From assembly GCA_030295235.1 (NCBI GenBank), contig AP026164.1:310001-374000 (forward strand): a DNA stretch of 64,000 nt, read 5' to 3'. Under the pieces are notes generated by a model. That model had not been told where the DNA came from. It ran no database searches and saw only the letters and a list, made by a program, of their open reading frames with translations. Each line of letters opens with the position of its first letter. Position 1 is the first letter of the stretch. The stretch comes from Fistulifera solaris (Eukaryota). The position numbers and the translations under genes were made by a program. Below are positions 1-11,944 of the stretch, piece by piece.

Positions 1-3000
1 TTACCGCTCTTACAAAGACTCGCAGTCACGGAAATACTCGTTTCGAGCAACCATTCAAGCTGTTACGCCCATCTTTACTCTGGACCCTTCCGATCCTTTT
101 TGTTTGCTTCCAAGTCGAAGATGAGGGATACAAATCGGTATTAGTGTTTCAAAGAGAAGCTCTGGCGTGCAGTACATTGTTGATTCCGGGTGAAACCTGC
201 TTCTTTCACGACGTCACTCGAATCGCATGGAAAGTTCCCGACGAACTGAATCAAAGGCGCTTTGCCCATTTTAAAGCAAATGTCCCAACGCATGTCTTTG
301 TTGTTCACGGCAAACACCAAGTTGATATATTGGATTGTCTGAATGGGTGCGAAGTATCTCAATCGCTGATTGGTTGCATCACCCGTGTTCACACCGTGCA
401 TTCACAGAATTCATTTCCTGGCAGCCTTCTGATTCAATACATCGACTTGATTACCGGAGACGAGACCGACTGCAGGCTTTATCTCGAATACTTTCCCATG
501 TCTTCAACCTTGCAGCTAAGCTTGCGAAGTGGAACTACTATCATGGCCACCAAAATACACAATCTAGGTCAAGGGCATTTTGCTGCATGCTCGCGATCTA
601 GCATTCATGTTCACAGCATGCGACCTGACCCACCTATTTCGAACACACCTGAAGTCGCGGTCGATAGCTTTACTCCTTTTGCTCACACACGAATACGGAA
701 ATCGTGCTTTGAAACAGCTTTGTCCACTCTGATCTCTGACTTTATCGAAGGGTTCAATCGTATCGACGCGCCCAGTTTCCGGCATTGGACGCGTAGTTGG
801 CTACGGCACAATGGAGCTGTCAGCAGTAGTGCCATCTCATCTCCTCGACGAAATGTGTATGCAGAATTCTTTGATCATCAGGATGAAGCGGGGGATGTAG
901 AAGGCGACGTTGCCGAACGATCAGGATGCCATTTGAGCCGGGACCTGCAAAGGACACCCAAGATACCTTTTTTGTTACAACTGAACGATATTCAGAACGA
1001 AGCGATTCGTGTCCTTCAAATCAGGTTAGATCGTTACATTGCAAATAATCGTGTTCGGATGGGATGGACTGCTTCTTTCACGTTGGTCGCCGAGGATCTC
1101 AACGTCAACCTGAATCCGAGAAAGTGCTTGGATGCAGCTTTGTATTCGGGTGGTGCTGTCGTGTCTGCCTCAGGTCCTATGCAAGTAGATGAAGCAACCA
1201 TGTTGTTACTAAGTATCAGCAATGGGCACACCGTTCTACCCGTTGCTGTAGAGAGCAATGCTGATGTATTGCCCCAAACACATGCACTCTTCGGTTTGGA
1301 GAGTATCACTACTTCCGTTCTCTGCCTGGGTACGAGTCCTAGAGGAGATAACGACGTACGGAAACACGGAGGAGCAGATGTCTGTATTCTTCCTGTATTT
1401 GGTGGAGATAGTCGTTTTCATGGACCGTGCGTTATGATGCGAGTGACAAATCAGAATTGGATTTTTATTGTCAGTTTCCATTTACATGCAAATACTCTAA
1501 TCCAACTTTCTACTGACGAATCGTCAATCGAAACGGAAGCTCCCGAGACTCGACCGTGTCGCGAACCGGTACATTTGGGCGATGTAGCGTTACCAACTTT
1601 CGATGCGTCTCCCAATGCAAGTGACCGGATGTGTGTCAGCTTGCTTGCGAGGAAACAGTTTGCTTTCATGCGATTGAAGAAGGGGAGCTACGGAGGCATC
1701 ACACTTACTCTTGCGCATATGCCCTCAACAAAAACCGAGGGCGAAAAGAAGAATTTATCAGATCCAGGCGCTGCGTCTTTACAATCAATTGACTGTAGGC
1801 CACTCATTTTATTGGCCGAAGTTGCCACAAGGCAAATGGAAGCTTTCTTTCATGCTCCTCCATCGGAGCAACTGGATTGCTGAGTGAGCAAATAGCCACA
1901 GCTCTTGCTTTCTGGAAAATGGCAAGCTCTGAAACACAATGCTGTCTGTTACGTGGTGGTTTTGACGAAATGCTGTCCGGTGCAAGTACATATTGCCACA
2001 GTCGGAAAATCGCTGTTCTTGTGCCGCTGAACAACTTTCAAAGAGATCCGAAACGAGGATATCTACGGATACGTTCCACTTTCGACGATATGGTCGCGTT
2101 TCCCGTGTATTCCGCGAAAAAAGTGGTAAGGAGTGTCGACGAAGATGGTTTGTTTGATTATATTGGCGGCGAAAAGATGATTGCTGGTATGTTGGGACGA
2201 CACCGTAATCGGAAACAGTACGGAGATATAGCGATTGGTGAGCTCACTTCCACGATATGGACTCAAAGATACGACGGTGTTCCTACTTGCTCCATTGGGG
2301 AAATGTTCCGAAGCCTTTGTCTCGACTTACAAAGCGGGACATGTACTCACATAGCGCCATCTTTGACACGTAGAGTGGTCGGTGGCACTTTCTTGGGGGT
2401 TTCCTTCTGTCGGGCGATTACTGAGTGTTCCGAATGCTTTTCCCAGTTAGTAAAGAGCAACCATAAAGGCAAAAAAACAGGGGCGACCAGGAAGAATGTA
2501 CGCTCAAGCACGGAGCTCAGTTTTTGGAACCGTGCACGCCCTCCGACTACCGGTTCTAACGGCTCGGCCAAGAGCGAGACACCAAGCACCGACACGATTA
2601 GTACGAGTAACAACGTTGGGCGATCTGAGACACCTGATAAGTCCGACGATTTCAAGAGTTTGATGGTTTGCCCTAAACGTTGTGGTGGTCAAACAGCGAT
2701 TAAATGGGAGTGCAGCGGAACCTTGGATGATTCAACGGGCCAGGCGAAGTTGTATGCAGAGCGGGACGCTGCTCTGTTACTACTAGGACTGACCAAGCAG
2801 TTCGTATGCATGATAGAAGAAGGTGCATGGATGGAACCAAATGGTATAGTCTTCTCCAAAGCAATGGCACCGAATCCGTCGATCACGCATGCTATTTCCC
2901 GCGCCAAGTATCGCGCAAAAGAGTTGCGTCGGGGCTGTAGAATCAGCGAAAGCGATGTCTTGCAGCATATGGAGCCGTTGGCTCGCGCCGATTATCTATT

Positions 3001-3223
3001 GCAGCGCCATTGCCGATTCTCACCGGAACCAAGTCGCGATTTGATTTATTATGTTCTGTGTAAACCCATGGGTGACACCAGTCTTCATCTCAAACACACG
3101 ACAATCGATCAAGTATCGGGTCAAACGGTTCCCACGTACACACTGCCACCTTTGAAACTCGTTCTCGTCGACTGTCAAGCGGTCTCGTCACGGGGTAGGC
3201 AATACGACAATGATGAACAATAA
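1..3223 (+). CDS. Large multi-OB-fold protein, CTC1-like (CST telomere complex); 5'-partial, one frameshift near 1845
   Basis: Frame is open from base 3 to 1883 and continues in ORF 1877..3223. The C-terminus has CxxC...CxxxC followed by WECSGTLDDSTGQAKLYAERDAALLLLGL, resembling the Zn-ribbon OB fold at the end of CTC1/RPA70. Confidence 0.55.
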
Positions 3224-3296
3224 AACTGTTTTACTAGAGCATATTATTAGGTCTCATCGTCTTTCACGTTGATTGCTTTAGTCGTTATGTTTGATA

Positions 3297-3839
3297 TTAA
3301 CGCGAAACTGTTTTCTTGAATGCATCAAAAGCACGAAACTTGACTTTGTCTTTGGCAGGAACATGAACCGGCTACGCAAGGTATTTCTTAGAAACCTGTA
3401 ATGTGATGACAATCGTTGAACGATAATGCCAAACTACTTACCTCCCCCGTCTTGGGGTTCCGAGCGGTGTATTCTTTCGAACGAGAAGGCACAAATGTTC
3501 CAAATTTACTAATCGAAACTTGCTTCTTTTCTGCGACAGCCTGTCACAAATTGAATGAGTTTGAATTCTGCAAAATACTTCACTCTAGACCGACGGTCTG
3601 TTTTCTAAACTTACATCAATAATAGCATCAAAAGTAGTTGTTAAAATTCGTCTTGTTTCCGCCAATGACAAGTGGTGTGCCTCCGCTACTAAATGAATAA
3701 TGTCGTCGGTAGAGACACGATCTTTCGATGCTTTGGTCGCTTGGGACGACCCGGACTCGGAACTGGAAAACGATACCTGTGTCGCAATAGATCCGCGGAT
3801 CTTGTGTGCGGAAATGAAACGACGCGTAACTCGAAGCAT
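3297..3839 (-). CDS. Bacterial-type histone-like DNA-binding protein (HU/IHF family) with N-terminal organellar presequence; 3 exons
   Basis: Exons 3615-3839, 3442-3540 and 3297-3371 with GT-AG introns 3541-3614 and 3372-3441. They splice in frame to ...DAIIDAVAEKKQVSISKFGTFVPSRSKEYTARNPKTGEPVHVPAKDKVKFRAFDAFKKTVSR*, which has the HU signature FGTF...ARNPKTGE...PA...KF. Confidence 0.92.
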
Positions 3840-4196
3840 GTTGATTACTACTAGAGAGAATGCAGATGAAAATGGAAAAGGAAAGATCGTTCACAACAAA
3901 CAATGCAATGTGAAACAATGCGGCCGACGAGCCCGTTCAATCCGCCGTTTTAAATCCGAGCACGTAACCGCGATTCAAATAGTATATCTACATAGAGTTC
4001 AAAAGCAAATGTATGAAACAATCAGTAGTCTTGTCCGTTGATCAAAAGAGGACCCGGAAAACGAAAACTTATTCATTTTTCATTATTTTTGAAAACTGGT
4101 CTTGTCGTTTCTCACATCGAAAACAATCCCTTTTCAACAGCACGACTTGATCCATTACTCTTTTCCAGACTAATACAATCATAATTTCAAAATACG

Positions 4197-6003
4197 ATGT
4201 CGATGAAAGGCACTTTTGCGTTCCTGCTCGCACTTCCGGCAGCCACCACCACACTCTTGTCTCTCCCCGAACACGGTAGGAGCCTTCACTTGGGTCCTGT
4301 GGTTCATCCCACTCCCAAGTGCTGGAATACCGCCACACAACTATTCCCCGAACTATCACCATCAATCGATACCATCCAATTCTGTGCGTTACTGCCCGAA
4401 CAAGACCAAAAACGATTGGCTTTGGAAATTGCGCGTTGTCACATGCTGGATCTCGGCAAGCCGTTGGTGCACGGTCCCTGCCATCAACTCGAAGACTGCT
4501 TGCGGGATTTGACCAGCTAAGGCGCGAATGCGTACACGCATTACATAACGTACGTGCAGCAACTCTGCATTCGATTGACGCAAGAATTGCTGTTGCAACA
4601 ACAGCACCAAATCCAAGTCGATATTGGTGAACAATACAAGAGTGTGTCACAAGAAACACTGGCGCAGGTCCAGAATCTGCAACAGTCCATGGGACAGCAT
4701 GTTCATCATTTGAATGAATTAGCTGATCTTCCCCAACGATTACGCGAAAATCTTAGTCGGGAACTGGAAGAAAAATTGACGGAATCGTTGACGCTGTCAC
4801 TGGATCGAGAATTGAACAAGCATTTGGCGACGCAGTTGGAAACACAACTTGGATTACAACTCGGGCACTTGTTAGAACAACAGGCACTACATCAAGCCAA
4901 CTTTGTGGCTGGCATTTTGGATAATTTGACGGTCCGCGATCAAGAACTGCAAGAGCGTTTCAAATTATGGGAGCATTATCAAACTTCCTTGTGGAGCAAT
5001 CACGCCAAGGAAGTAGAGAAGCAGCGTCGACAAATTGAAGAGCAACGCAATCGGATGGATTATTTGAGCAGTACATTGAATCAAGCAACGCGTCTGTTGT
5101 GGCCGATTGAGGGGTTAAAAGCGGGTGTGCAATGGATCTTGCGTGGCTATGTTTGGTTCGAAACGGTTGTTACCGTTTTAGTCCACGCTGTGGTGACGGT
5201 GATAATCACACGTCCTCGTCATTGTCAATTATTTCGAATTCATTTATTCCAGCTGATATTCTTGGAAGCTGTAATAGAAGTGATGATCCTTTGGATGGTG
5301 CAGAATGGAGTCGCGGGTAGTGCAACGGTCAGTGCCGACATTATTGTCTGGTCTCTTCGCATGGGCTTTCGAGTTGCAATGATTTTTGGTCTATGTGATT
5401 GGAGTGATAGCCAGCTTTTTTCGTAAATCAAGCCACCAAGAAGTTTCGCAACGAACGTCCGACTTTGATTTGCATCCAGCGAATTGGGAGATGTCACGGA
5501 ACGATCCGGTTGCTTATTACTATTATCCGTCTCCTCCACCCATACCTCAACCTGTTCCTTTCACCGTTCGGGATCGCCATTTACCGAATAAGGTTCCTCA
5601 TCATTTGAGCGCACGTCTTGAAACAACGCATGTTCCCCGATCCGATGCTGCAACAAGTCGCTACCGAAATGTTGTTGTGTCTCCGTCGTATTTGTCTCCT
5701 ATGGCGCCAACAACAACCAAGACTATGTTCCGTGGACTTACTTCGGAGAAGAGAAATGACCGAGTTTCATCCGTCGCATGGCCCGAAGAGATTACTCCAC
5801 CGCCGGCGGTTCCTTTCTTCGATCCTACCACCAAAGAAGAAGAAGAAATGGAAGACGAGACCTTTTTTGACGCCCTCGATCCCGAATCTACCAGTGATCG
5901 AAAGCGTAAGCAAGAGTTATTGGCGAACGAAGGAGAAGGAGAAGAAGAAGAACAGGTAGAAGAAGAGGATTTGCACAAGTACAAAAAGAGCAAAACGGAA
6001 TGA
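4197..6003 (+). CDS. GEX1: GEX1/KAR5/Brambleberry nuclear-membrane fusion protein; in-frame TAA at 4518-4520 and frameshift near 5385
   Basis: Signal peptide, then a Cys-rich domain (CW...FCALLPEQDQKRLALEIARCH...C...C...AYTHYITYVQQLC), a long coiled coil, about 3 TM helices and a low-complexity tail. ORFs 4197.. and 4554.. are in the same frame, separated by a single stop. Confidence 0.8.
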
Positions 6004-6308
6004 ACGAATAAATAGTGCGACGAGCGACGACAACAAAACGGATAGCGCAAACGTGACTGGATTTGTGATCCGTGACCCTTTCCTAATACGGAGTAGTATA
6101 AAGAGATCACTATTAAACAAAGTGTACCGAATTTCCAGCTCATCATTTTCATGCGAAAATTGCGTTTCGTTTCTTTCCGTGACGAAAAAATACTCCGTAG
6201 TTCTCCTTGCCCGCCCGCCCGCCCACAAATACACAAAGTATGATGAGAACGAATAATGCATTGAATTTCATGGCATCCTCATCAATAACCAAGCATCTTA
6301 TTGTGAGA

Positions 6309-8748
6309 ATGCCATTAAGTTTAGGTCCTCGTCATCTTGCAGTAGCTTTTTGGTGTGCTTGTTCCGTGCAAAGTTTCTCATCCGTCTTGCCCTTGTACGT
6401 TTCCGCGGGTCGATCTTCTTCTTCTTCCTCTTCTTCGTCGTCGCTCTATTCTTCGACTTCTTTCACTACTACTACAACAACAACAACGGTTCCAACCTCC
6501 AACAAGATGACGCCTGCGGAAAAGCTTGCTGCCTTGCGCGAACACATGAAAGAAAAGAACTTGGATGTGTGGCTTGTTCCGACGGATGATCCGCATCTTT
6601 CCGGTGAGCATTCATTGGTGATTGTTTACTTGTCCTCTCCTGCTAACTCTCATCCTCCACGCACTCTTACTACAGAATACGTCCCGGAAGCGTACAAACG
6701 TCGGGAATTCCTCACAGGATTCAAAGGCAGCGCCGGCACGGCGGTCGTTACCGCGGATGAGGCGTTCTTGTGGACCGACAGTCGTTACTGGAATGAAGCT
6801 TCCTTGCAACTTGATGCGACTTGGTGGACTTTGAAAAAGGCCGGATTACCATCGACACCCACTATTCCTAAATGGATGGCCCAAGAATCGAAAAAGAAAA
6901 CACTTTTTAACATTGGGTTGGATCCGTTTGTGCATCCGGCGTCCTTTCCGAAAGAAATCAAGACGGCCTTGGAAGAAGAAGAAGGCGTGGAGGAACCCGA
7001 TCGGATACAAATCAAAACCATCACTACCAATCTCGTTGATCTAATTTGGAATCAACGACCGGCAGTTCCGACATCACCATGGCGCATTCATCCGTTGGAA
7101 TATGCGGGTATGACTTGGCAAAACAAAGTCACCAAAGTACGACTGGCCATGAAAGAAAAGAAAGCGACCATGGCGGTCTTTTCTACCCTAGATGATGTCG
7201 CGTATTTGTTCAATTTGCGTTGTCAAGGGGACATTGATACGTGTCCCGTAGGAATTGCGTATGCGACGGTGACCATGGATACCGTGACGTTGTATGTGCA
7301 CGAGGACAAGATGAAGGCGTCGCCGGCAGAAGTTCATCAACAGTTACAAGGTGTGGTCATGCAACCGTACGACAGTATTGTGGAAGCGGTCCAGCAACAT
7401 GTCGAAACTACCGAAAAAGCCAAAGTGTGGTTGGATGCCAGTCGCGCCAACTACGCTCTCACTTTGGTCATTCCGGAAAAATCCTTGTTGGATGCACAGA
7501 ATGCCATTACTCCCATGAAAGGAGTCAAAAACAGAGCCGAACTGGAAGGTATGCGAGAGGCACATATTGTTGATGGTGTCGCTATGGCAAAATTCATTGC
7601 CTGGTTACAAAAGACATTGAAGGAGCGTTCTGTTTCCGAAGTCGAAATTGATCAAGTATTGACGGGCTATCGAGCGGAACAGAAAGGATTCAATGAAGTG
7701 AGCTTTCCCACCATTGCGGGAGTGGGGTCCAATGCTGCGATCATTCACTACCGCGCCACTGAAGGATCGGACATTCTTAAATATCTCGATACCACGCAGC
7801 CCATTCTGATTGATTCGGGTGGACAGTATAGTTATGGAACGACGGATGTCACGCGAACTTGGCATTTTGGGACGCCTACGGCAGAGTTTGTCGATGCGTA
7901 CACTAGGGTACTCAAGGGAAACATTGGTTTGGATCAAATGGTACGTCAGTATGGCGACGTCGTTCCACTGGGGAAGAGTTGTTCGCAAGTCCTAACTAAT
8001 TAGTTCTTGCTGCTCAGATTTTCCCAGAGAACGTTCCTGGATTTGTGTTGGACGTTTATGCCCGTCAAGCTCTGTGGCAAGTAGGAAAGGATTATGGCCA
8101 CGGAACTGGGCACGGTGTTGGGGCCGGTAAGAAACGATGCTTGTTGACCGTCGTCGATTTACATAATTATTCGCTCACATTCGTGATAACTGGTTCTACA
8201 CAATAGCCTTGAACGTCCACGAGGGACCACACGTAAGTAACAATTGCATGCTCTCTGGCCGATTGATGATGTTCTGTACTTTTTCTCACATGTATTCTCG
8301 TTTTGGCTTTTGAATGCAGTCAATCAGTCCGCGATTCGCGAACAAAGAGGGACTGAAGAAGGGAATGATCGTTAGCAACGAGCCGGGATATTACGAAGAC
8401 GGCAACTTTGGCATTCGTATTGAAAATTTACTGGAGCTCCGTTACGTGAAACCTGAATTGAACGATGAATTTGAGAAGGAGCAGCTAAGGGAGCCTTCGT
8501 TAGACGATAAGAATCAAGACGACGCATCATCTGACGAAAAGAAATTTCTTCATTTTCAAAGTCTGACTATGATCCCGATTCAGAAGAACTTGATCGACGT
8601 TTCTTTAATGACGGAGTCTGAGCTCGATTGGCTGGATTCCTACCACGCTAAAGTATGGGAGAATGTTTCGCCGCGTTTAACCGAAGGTACACCCGAGTAC
8701 CAATGGTTAAAAACAAGCTGCGAAAAGATTGACCGCAATGTCCACTAA
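6309..8748 (+). CDS. Xaa-Pro aminopeptidase P (peptidase M24B), probably organelle-targeted; 5 exons
   Basis: Motifs DDPHLSEY, TGFKGSAG, LWTDSRYW, DSGGQYSYGTTDVTRT, HGTGHGVG, NVHEGP and SNEPGYY. Introns 6604-6675, 7941-8017, 8127-8206 and 8233-8319. Confidence 0.95.
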
Positions 8749-8827
8749 ATTTACTCCCGATTGAAATTATAGATAGCAATTTATAGGTATCGCTATAAAG
8801 TATCGATACTTGTTTCGCTGAGAGATT

Positions 8828-11518
8828 TCACAATGTTTCAGAGTATTCCATCCATACAATCGCACTACTTGCAATTCTTTGAATTTCGCGCTTTACAAAG
8901 TGATCCATCGCTCCGACAGTTGTATCTTCACTGTCATCAGGACCCGCAGTGCATCTTTGACAGCGATTGTGATCTTTGCCCAAACCCACAGATGCCCGAG
9001 ATTTCGCAGTGGACATGGCAAATGCCCCAGGCAGAACATTGATACGATATCCAAGGCCAATAAGCTGCGACAAGTGCAATCCATTGTAACAACTTGACCC
9101 TTCAAGGGCTTCGACATTCCGAGCAATGACACTAGTGCGAATGTTTGGATCCTTTGGTGAAAGATTATCTTTCAACAGAATAAAAGACTCATCTTGAAAG
9201 CGGAACACATCATTGAAGCTCTCTTGTGTAGCGTTTACCATGAAAGTAAGAAGAGATATCTCGACGACTCTAATTGCATCTTTTTCTTGCTGGTTGATGT
9301 TTATATCATGATCCTTTTCTTCCGCATTGGCTGTGGTAGACTCGGTATACTTCCACCAAACTTGATCTAAGGCATTGAATACTCGTTCTGTTGCAAACGC
9401 ACCATTCCTTTCGCACTGATTGAATTCATGAACAAAATGAACTTTGTTGGTCCGTCGCGATGCGATAAGCCGGTCAGTATCCGGCATGTGTTGACTGGCG
9501 TCTCCATCAATGTCAGACAATGCAAATTGCGGGAGGTAGAACACATTTCCGTGCTGACCTTTCCTTGAAGTAATAGCAGCCTGGGCGAGATAGGCAGCTT
9601 CGTTGGAGATGATCAGCCCGCTCTCAACTTCCAAACCACTTATAAACCATCGCGTTGGTGCCACGTCGGTGGCCATATTTTGCAACGCTTTGCGACTAGC
9701 GCTAGAAGATATTTCTTCGTCAAAGATAGCGGCGACAAAAGCATTTTTGTGGTGTTGCGTAAAGATAGATTCCGGTCCTAACTGTTCGTGAACATATCGC
9801 ATGGAATCTTTAGTTGCACCGGCCATAAAGATGATTGTTACACTGGGTTGGCCGAACCAGCGATCCACGTTATCAATCAAAGGATCCATGCATCCTTTGA
9901 GAGCAGTTTTGTCACTGCTTTGATCAGCACTTATTTGTAGTGTCAAGATGAGTGTCACATCACTTTCGACGTCAATGAAATTCCAGCCCTGAGCAGGAGC
10001 GAGAATGGTCGTGGCATTTTTGTTAGTCCATTCAATGAAAGTTCGACACGGTGATTTCGTCAGCTTGGTAGCAGATCCAACGATGCAGTATTGAGACAAG
10101 GGTAATTGCCTGCGGTCGAACTCCATAGAACTATCCCATTTTTGTGGAGCTAAGCCTAACGGAGACACAGAAGAGTCTCTCGAGCCTTTCAAAATCCGTT
10201 GAACTTTTGAATGCGGTAGCGGTATGGCACCGAACTGCGTAAATAAATAAGTCGAGATTGACGTTCCCGCATGACAAGAAGCAACTTCATTGTATCGATA
10301 ATGGCGCTTCCATTCCTGAAAGTGAAAGAAAGGCGCGGTATCGGCAAGGCCTTCGTCATGCAGCACAACTTTTTGTTTGTAGAGGGAACCATTGATCCAA
10401 TAGAGCGTCTCGTCCGAGGCTATCAGTGCAGACAAGCAAAGTTTAGCTTGATATTCCGACGGAACCCAGTACATACATTTGACATCATTATGCACGGCAT
10501 CCGCTATATCAATGGCTTCTAGGGATCCTAGCGATATGTCTCTCTGCGTGTAGGCTCCATTCTTATCCCAGTACGAAGGATCCAACCTTGCAACAAGACG
10601 CGCGTTCTCACCAGCGCTCTTGGCTCGATACAGCACTTGACGACTCTTTGATCGCGCTAAATAAACACCATGTGATGATAAAATATCACGAAACGTTCCT
10701 CCTGCTTCATCGTGCGTGTCTGTCCAAGCATGAGGGACGTACTTCACTCTCACATCGTTTCGATCCAGCACTGCTGCAGAATAACATCCCTCGGCCGATT
10801 CGACCCGAAAATGACCTTTGCTCTTCACTATACTATCAAAACGTTCATCCAAGTCACGTAGGTACCGACAATACCTCCAAATATTATTGACCTTATCGTT
10901 ATTCTTGTGAAATGTAAATTGCCCTCGCAAATACAAGCGACGCTGGTCCCCGTACGAATATGTAACAATATCATAATTGAGCAATTCGTCTTCTGTGATC
11001 CAATGAGAGAGATCGCCAAACACAATATCCAGATCGGTGTAACCCCAATGAGAATACCCCTCTAAGAGATCTTGAAAGATATATCCGAGGGCAGGTTTGA
11101 ACTCGACCAATGCATAAGGCCGTAGATCTAAAAGTGTCGTCATTAACTCTTCAAGCGAACTTCTTTCAATGACGGTTTCATTCTTGTGATCCAATACACG
11201 CAGCAATCGCTTTCCTAAATTCTGATTGGACTGTAAATTGATTAAAATGACATTGTCGGCGCACACCGCGTCCTCCAGAACACCATTGTGCAGAATGATG
11301 AAATCAGCAATCCCCGCAGCACCCACTGCTCCCCGACAAAATATTCCCCAATACGGTACATTGTATTTGGCCGCGAAGGGTATTAATAACGCCAAACGCA
11401 ATTGCGAGCTGCGGACGGATGAACGGCGATGGACGCGGAGTGTGAAGGTTGCCGTTATTATCAGTAGTATGGCTGCCGCAATGGCGAAAAGGCGTTGCGG
11501 TCGCAGCCGTCTTCTCAT
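8828..11518 (-). CDS. Type II membrane glycosyltransferase-like protein (DUF6625-like N-domain plus a second GT-like C-domain)
   Basis: Intact 896-aa ORF with an N-terminal TM anchor and the motif EFKPALG...YSHWGYTDLDIVFGDL (DxD). The C-terminal half has RKALQNMA...TRWF, YLPQF and GYRINVLPGAF, reminiscent of GT49/LARGE-type domains. Confidence 0.6.
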   Translation of the reverse strand: MRRRLRPQRLFAIAAAILLIITATFTLRVHRRSSVRSSQLRLALLIPFAAKYNVPYWGIFCRGAVGAAGIADFIILHNGVLEDAVCADNVILINLQSNQNLGKRLLRVLDHKNETVIERSSLEELMTTLLDLRPYALVEFKPALGYIFQDLLEGYSHWGYTDLDIVFGDLSHWITEDELLNYDIVTYSYGDQRRLYLRGQFTFHKNNDKVNNIWRYCRYLRDLDERFDSIVKSKGHFRVESAEGCYSAAVLDRNDVRVKYVPHAWTDTHDEAGGTFRDILSSHGVYLARSKSRQVLYRAKSAGENARLVARLDPSYWDKNGAYTQRDISLGSLEAIDIADAVHNDVKCMYWVPSEYQAKLCLSALIASDETLYWINGSLYKQKVVLHDEGLADTAPFFHFQEWKRHYRYNEVASCHAGTSISTYLFTQFGAIPLPHSKVQRILKGSRDSSVSPLGLAPQKWDSSMEFDRRQLPLSQYCIVGSATKLTKSPCRTFIEWTNKNATTILAPAQGWNFIDVESDVTLILTLQISADQSSDKTALKGCMDPLIDNVDRWFGQPSVTIIFMAGATKDSMRYVHEQLGPESIFTQHHKNAFVAAIFDEEISSSASRKALQNMATDVAPTRWFISGLEVESGLIISNEAAYLAQAAITSRKGQHGNVFYLPQFALSDIDGDASQHMPDTDRLIASRRTNKVHFVHEFNQCERNGAFATERVFNALDQVWWKYTESTTANAEEKDHDININQQEKDAIRVVEISLLTFMVNATQESFNDVFRFQDESFILLKDNLSPKDPNIRTSVIARNVEALEGSSCYNGLHLSQLIGLGYRINVLPGAFAMSTAKSRASVGLGKDHNRCQRCTAGPDDSEDTTVGAMDHFVKREIQRIASSAIVWMEYSETL

Positions 11519-11944
11519 TGCTCGTAGTAATGATTGAAATTAGAATACTCCGGAGTATTCCGTTTACTCGTTCTTTCTTTCGACAGAGTGTTGTTGACTC
11601 TCACACAATAATGCTGTTGTAGCCTTATTACTCCGTATTACGTAGTACGAAGAATTTAAGCTCGAGGCAGAAACGAAATATTGTCGTACCAGGGGTACCA
11701 GGGTAGTGTTATAAAGTACAGAAATTCTAATGGAAATTATACCGGTACCCTACCGGTACAGGACGCACTTGTGGATGGAGAATGCGGACACGCGGACGAC
11801 GAGATGATGAGTTTAGTGTTTTGCGCGATGATTGAGCATTCACTGCAGTTGCCATCTTATCTTGCTTCAACAGTGCAATTTCTCCTCTCTAACTTGCAGC
11901 TGTCTCATATTTGGTTGCAACACAAGAAGGTTAATCAGTCGACC

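Noticed and set aside
3297..3839. Bacterial contamination as the source of HU
   Set aside because: The gene has two spliceosomal introns and a presequence, and sits among eukaryotic genes.
4518..4520. Stop-codon reassignment or readthrough in GEX1
   Set aside because: TAA terminates many genes normally in this window, so a single case fits mutation or error better.
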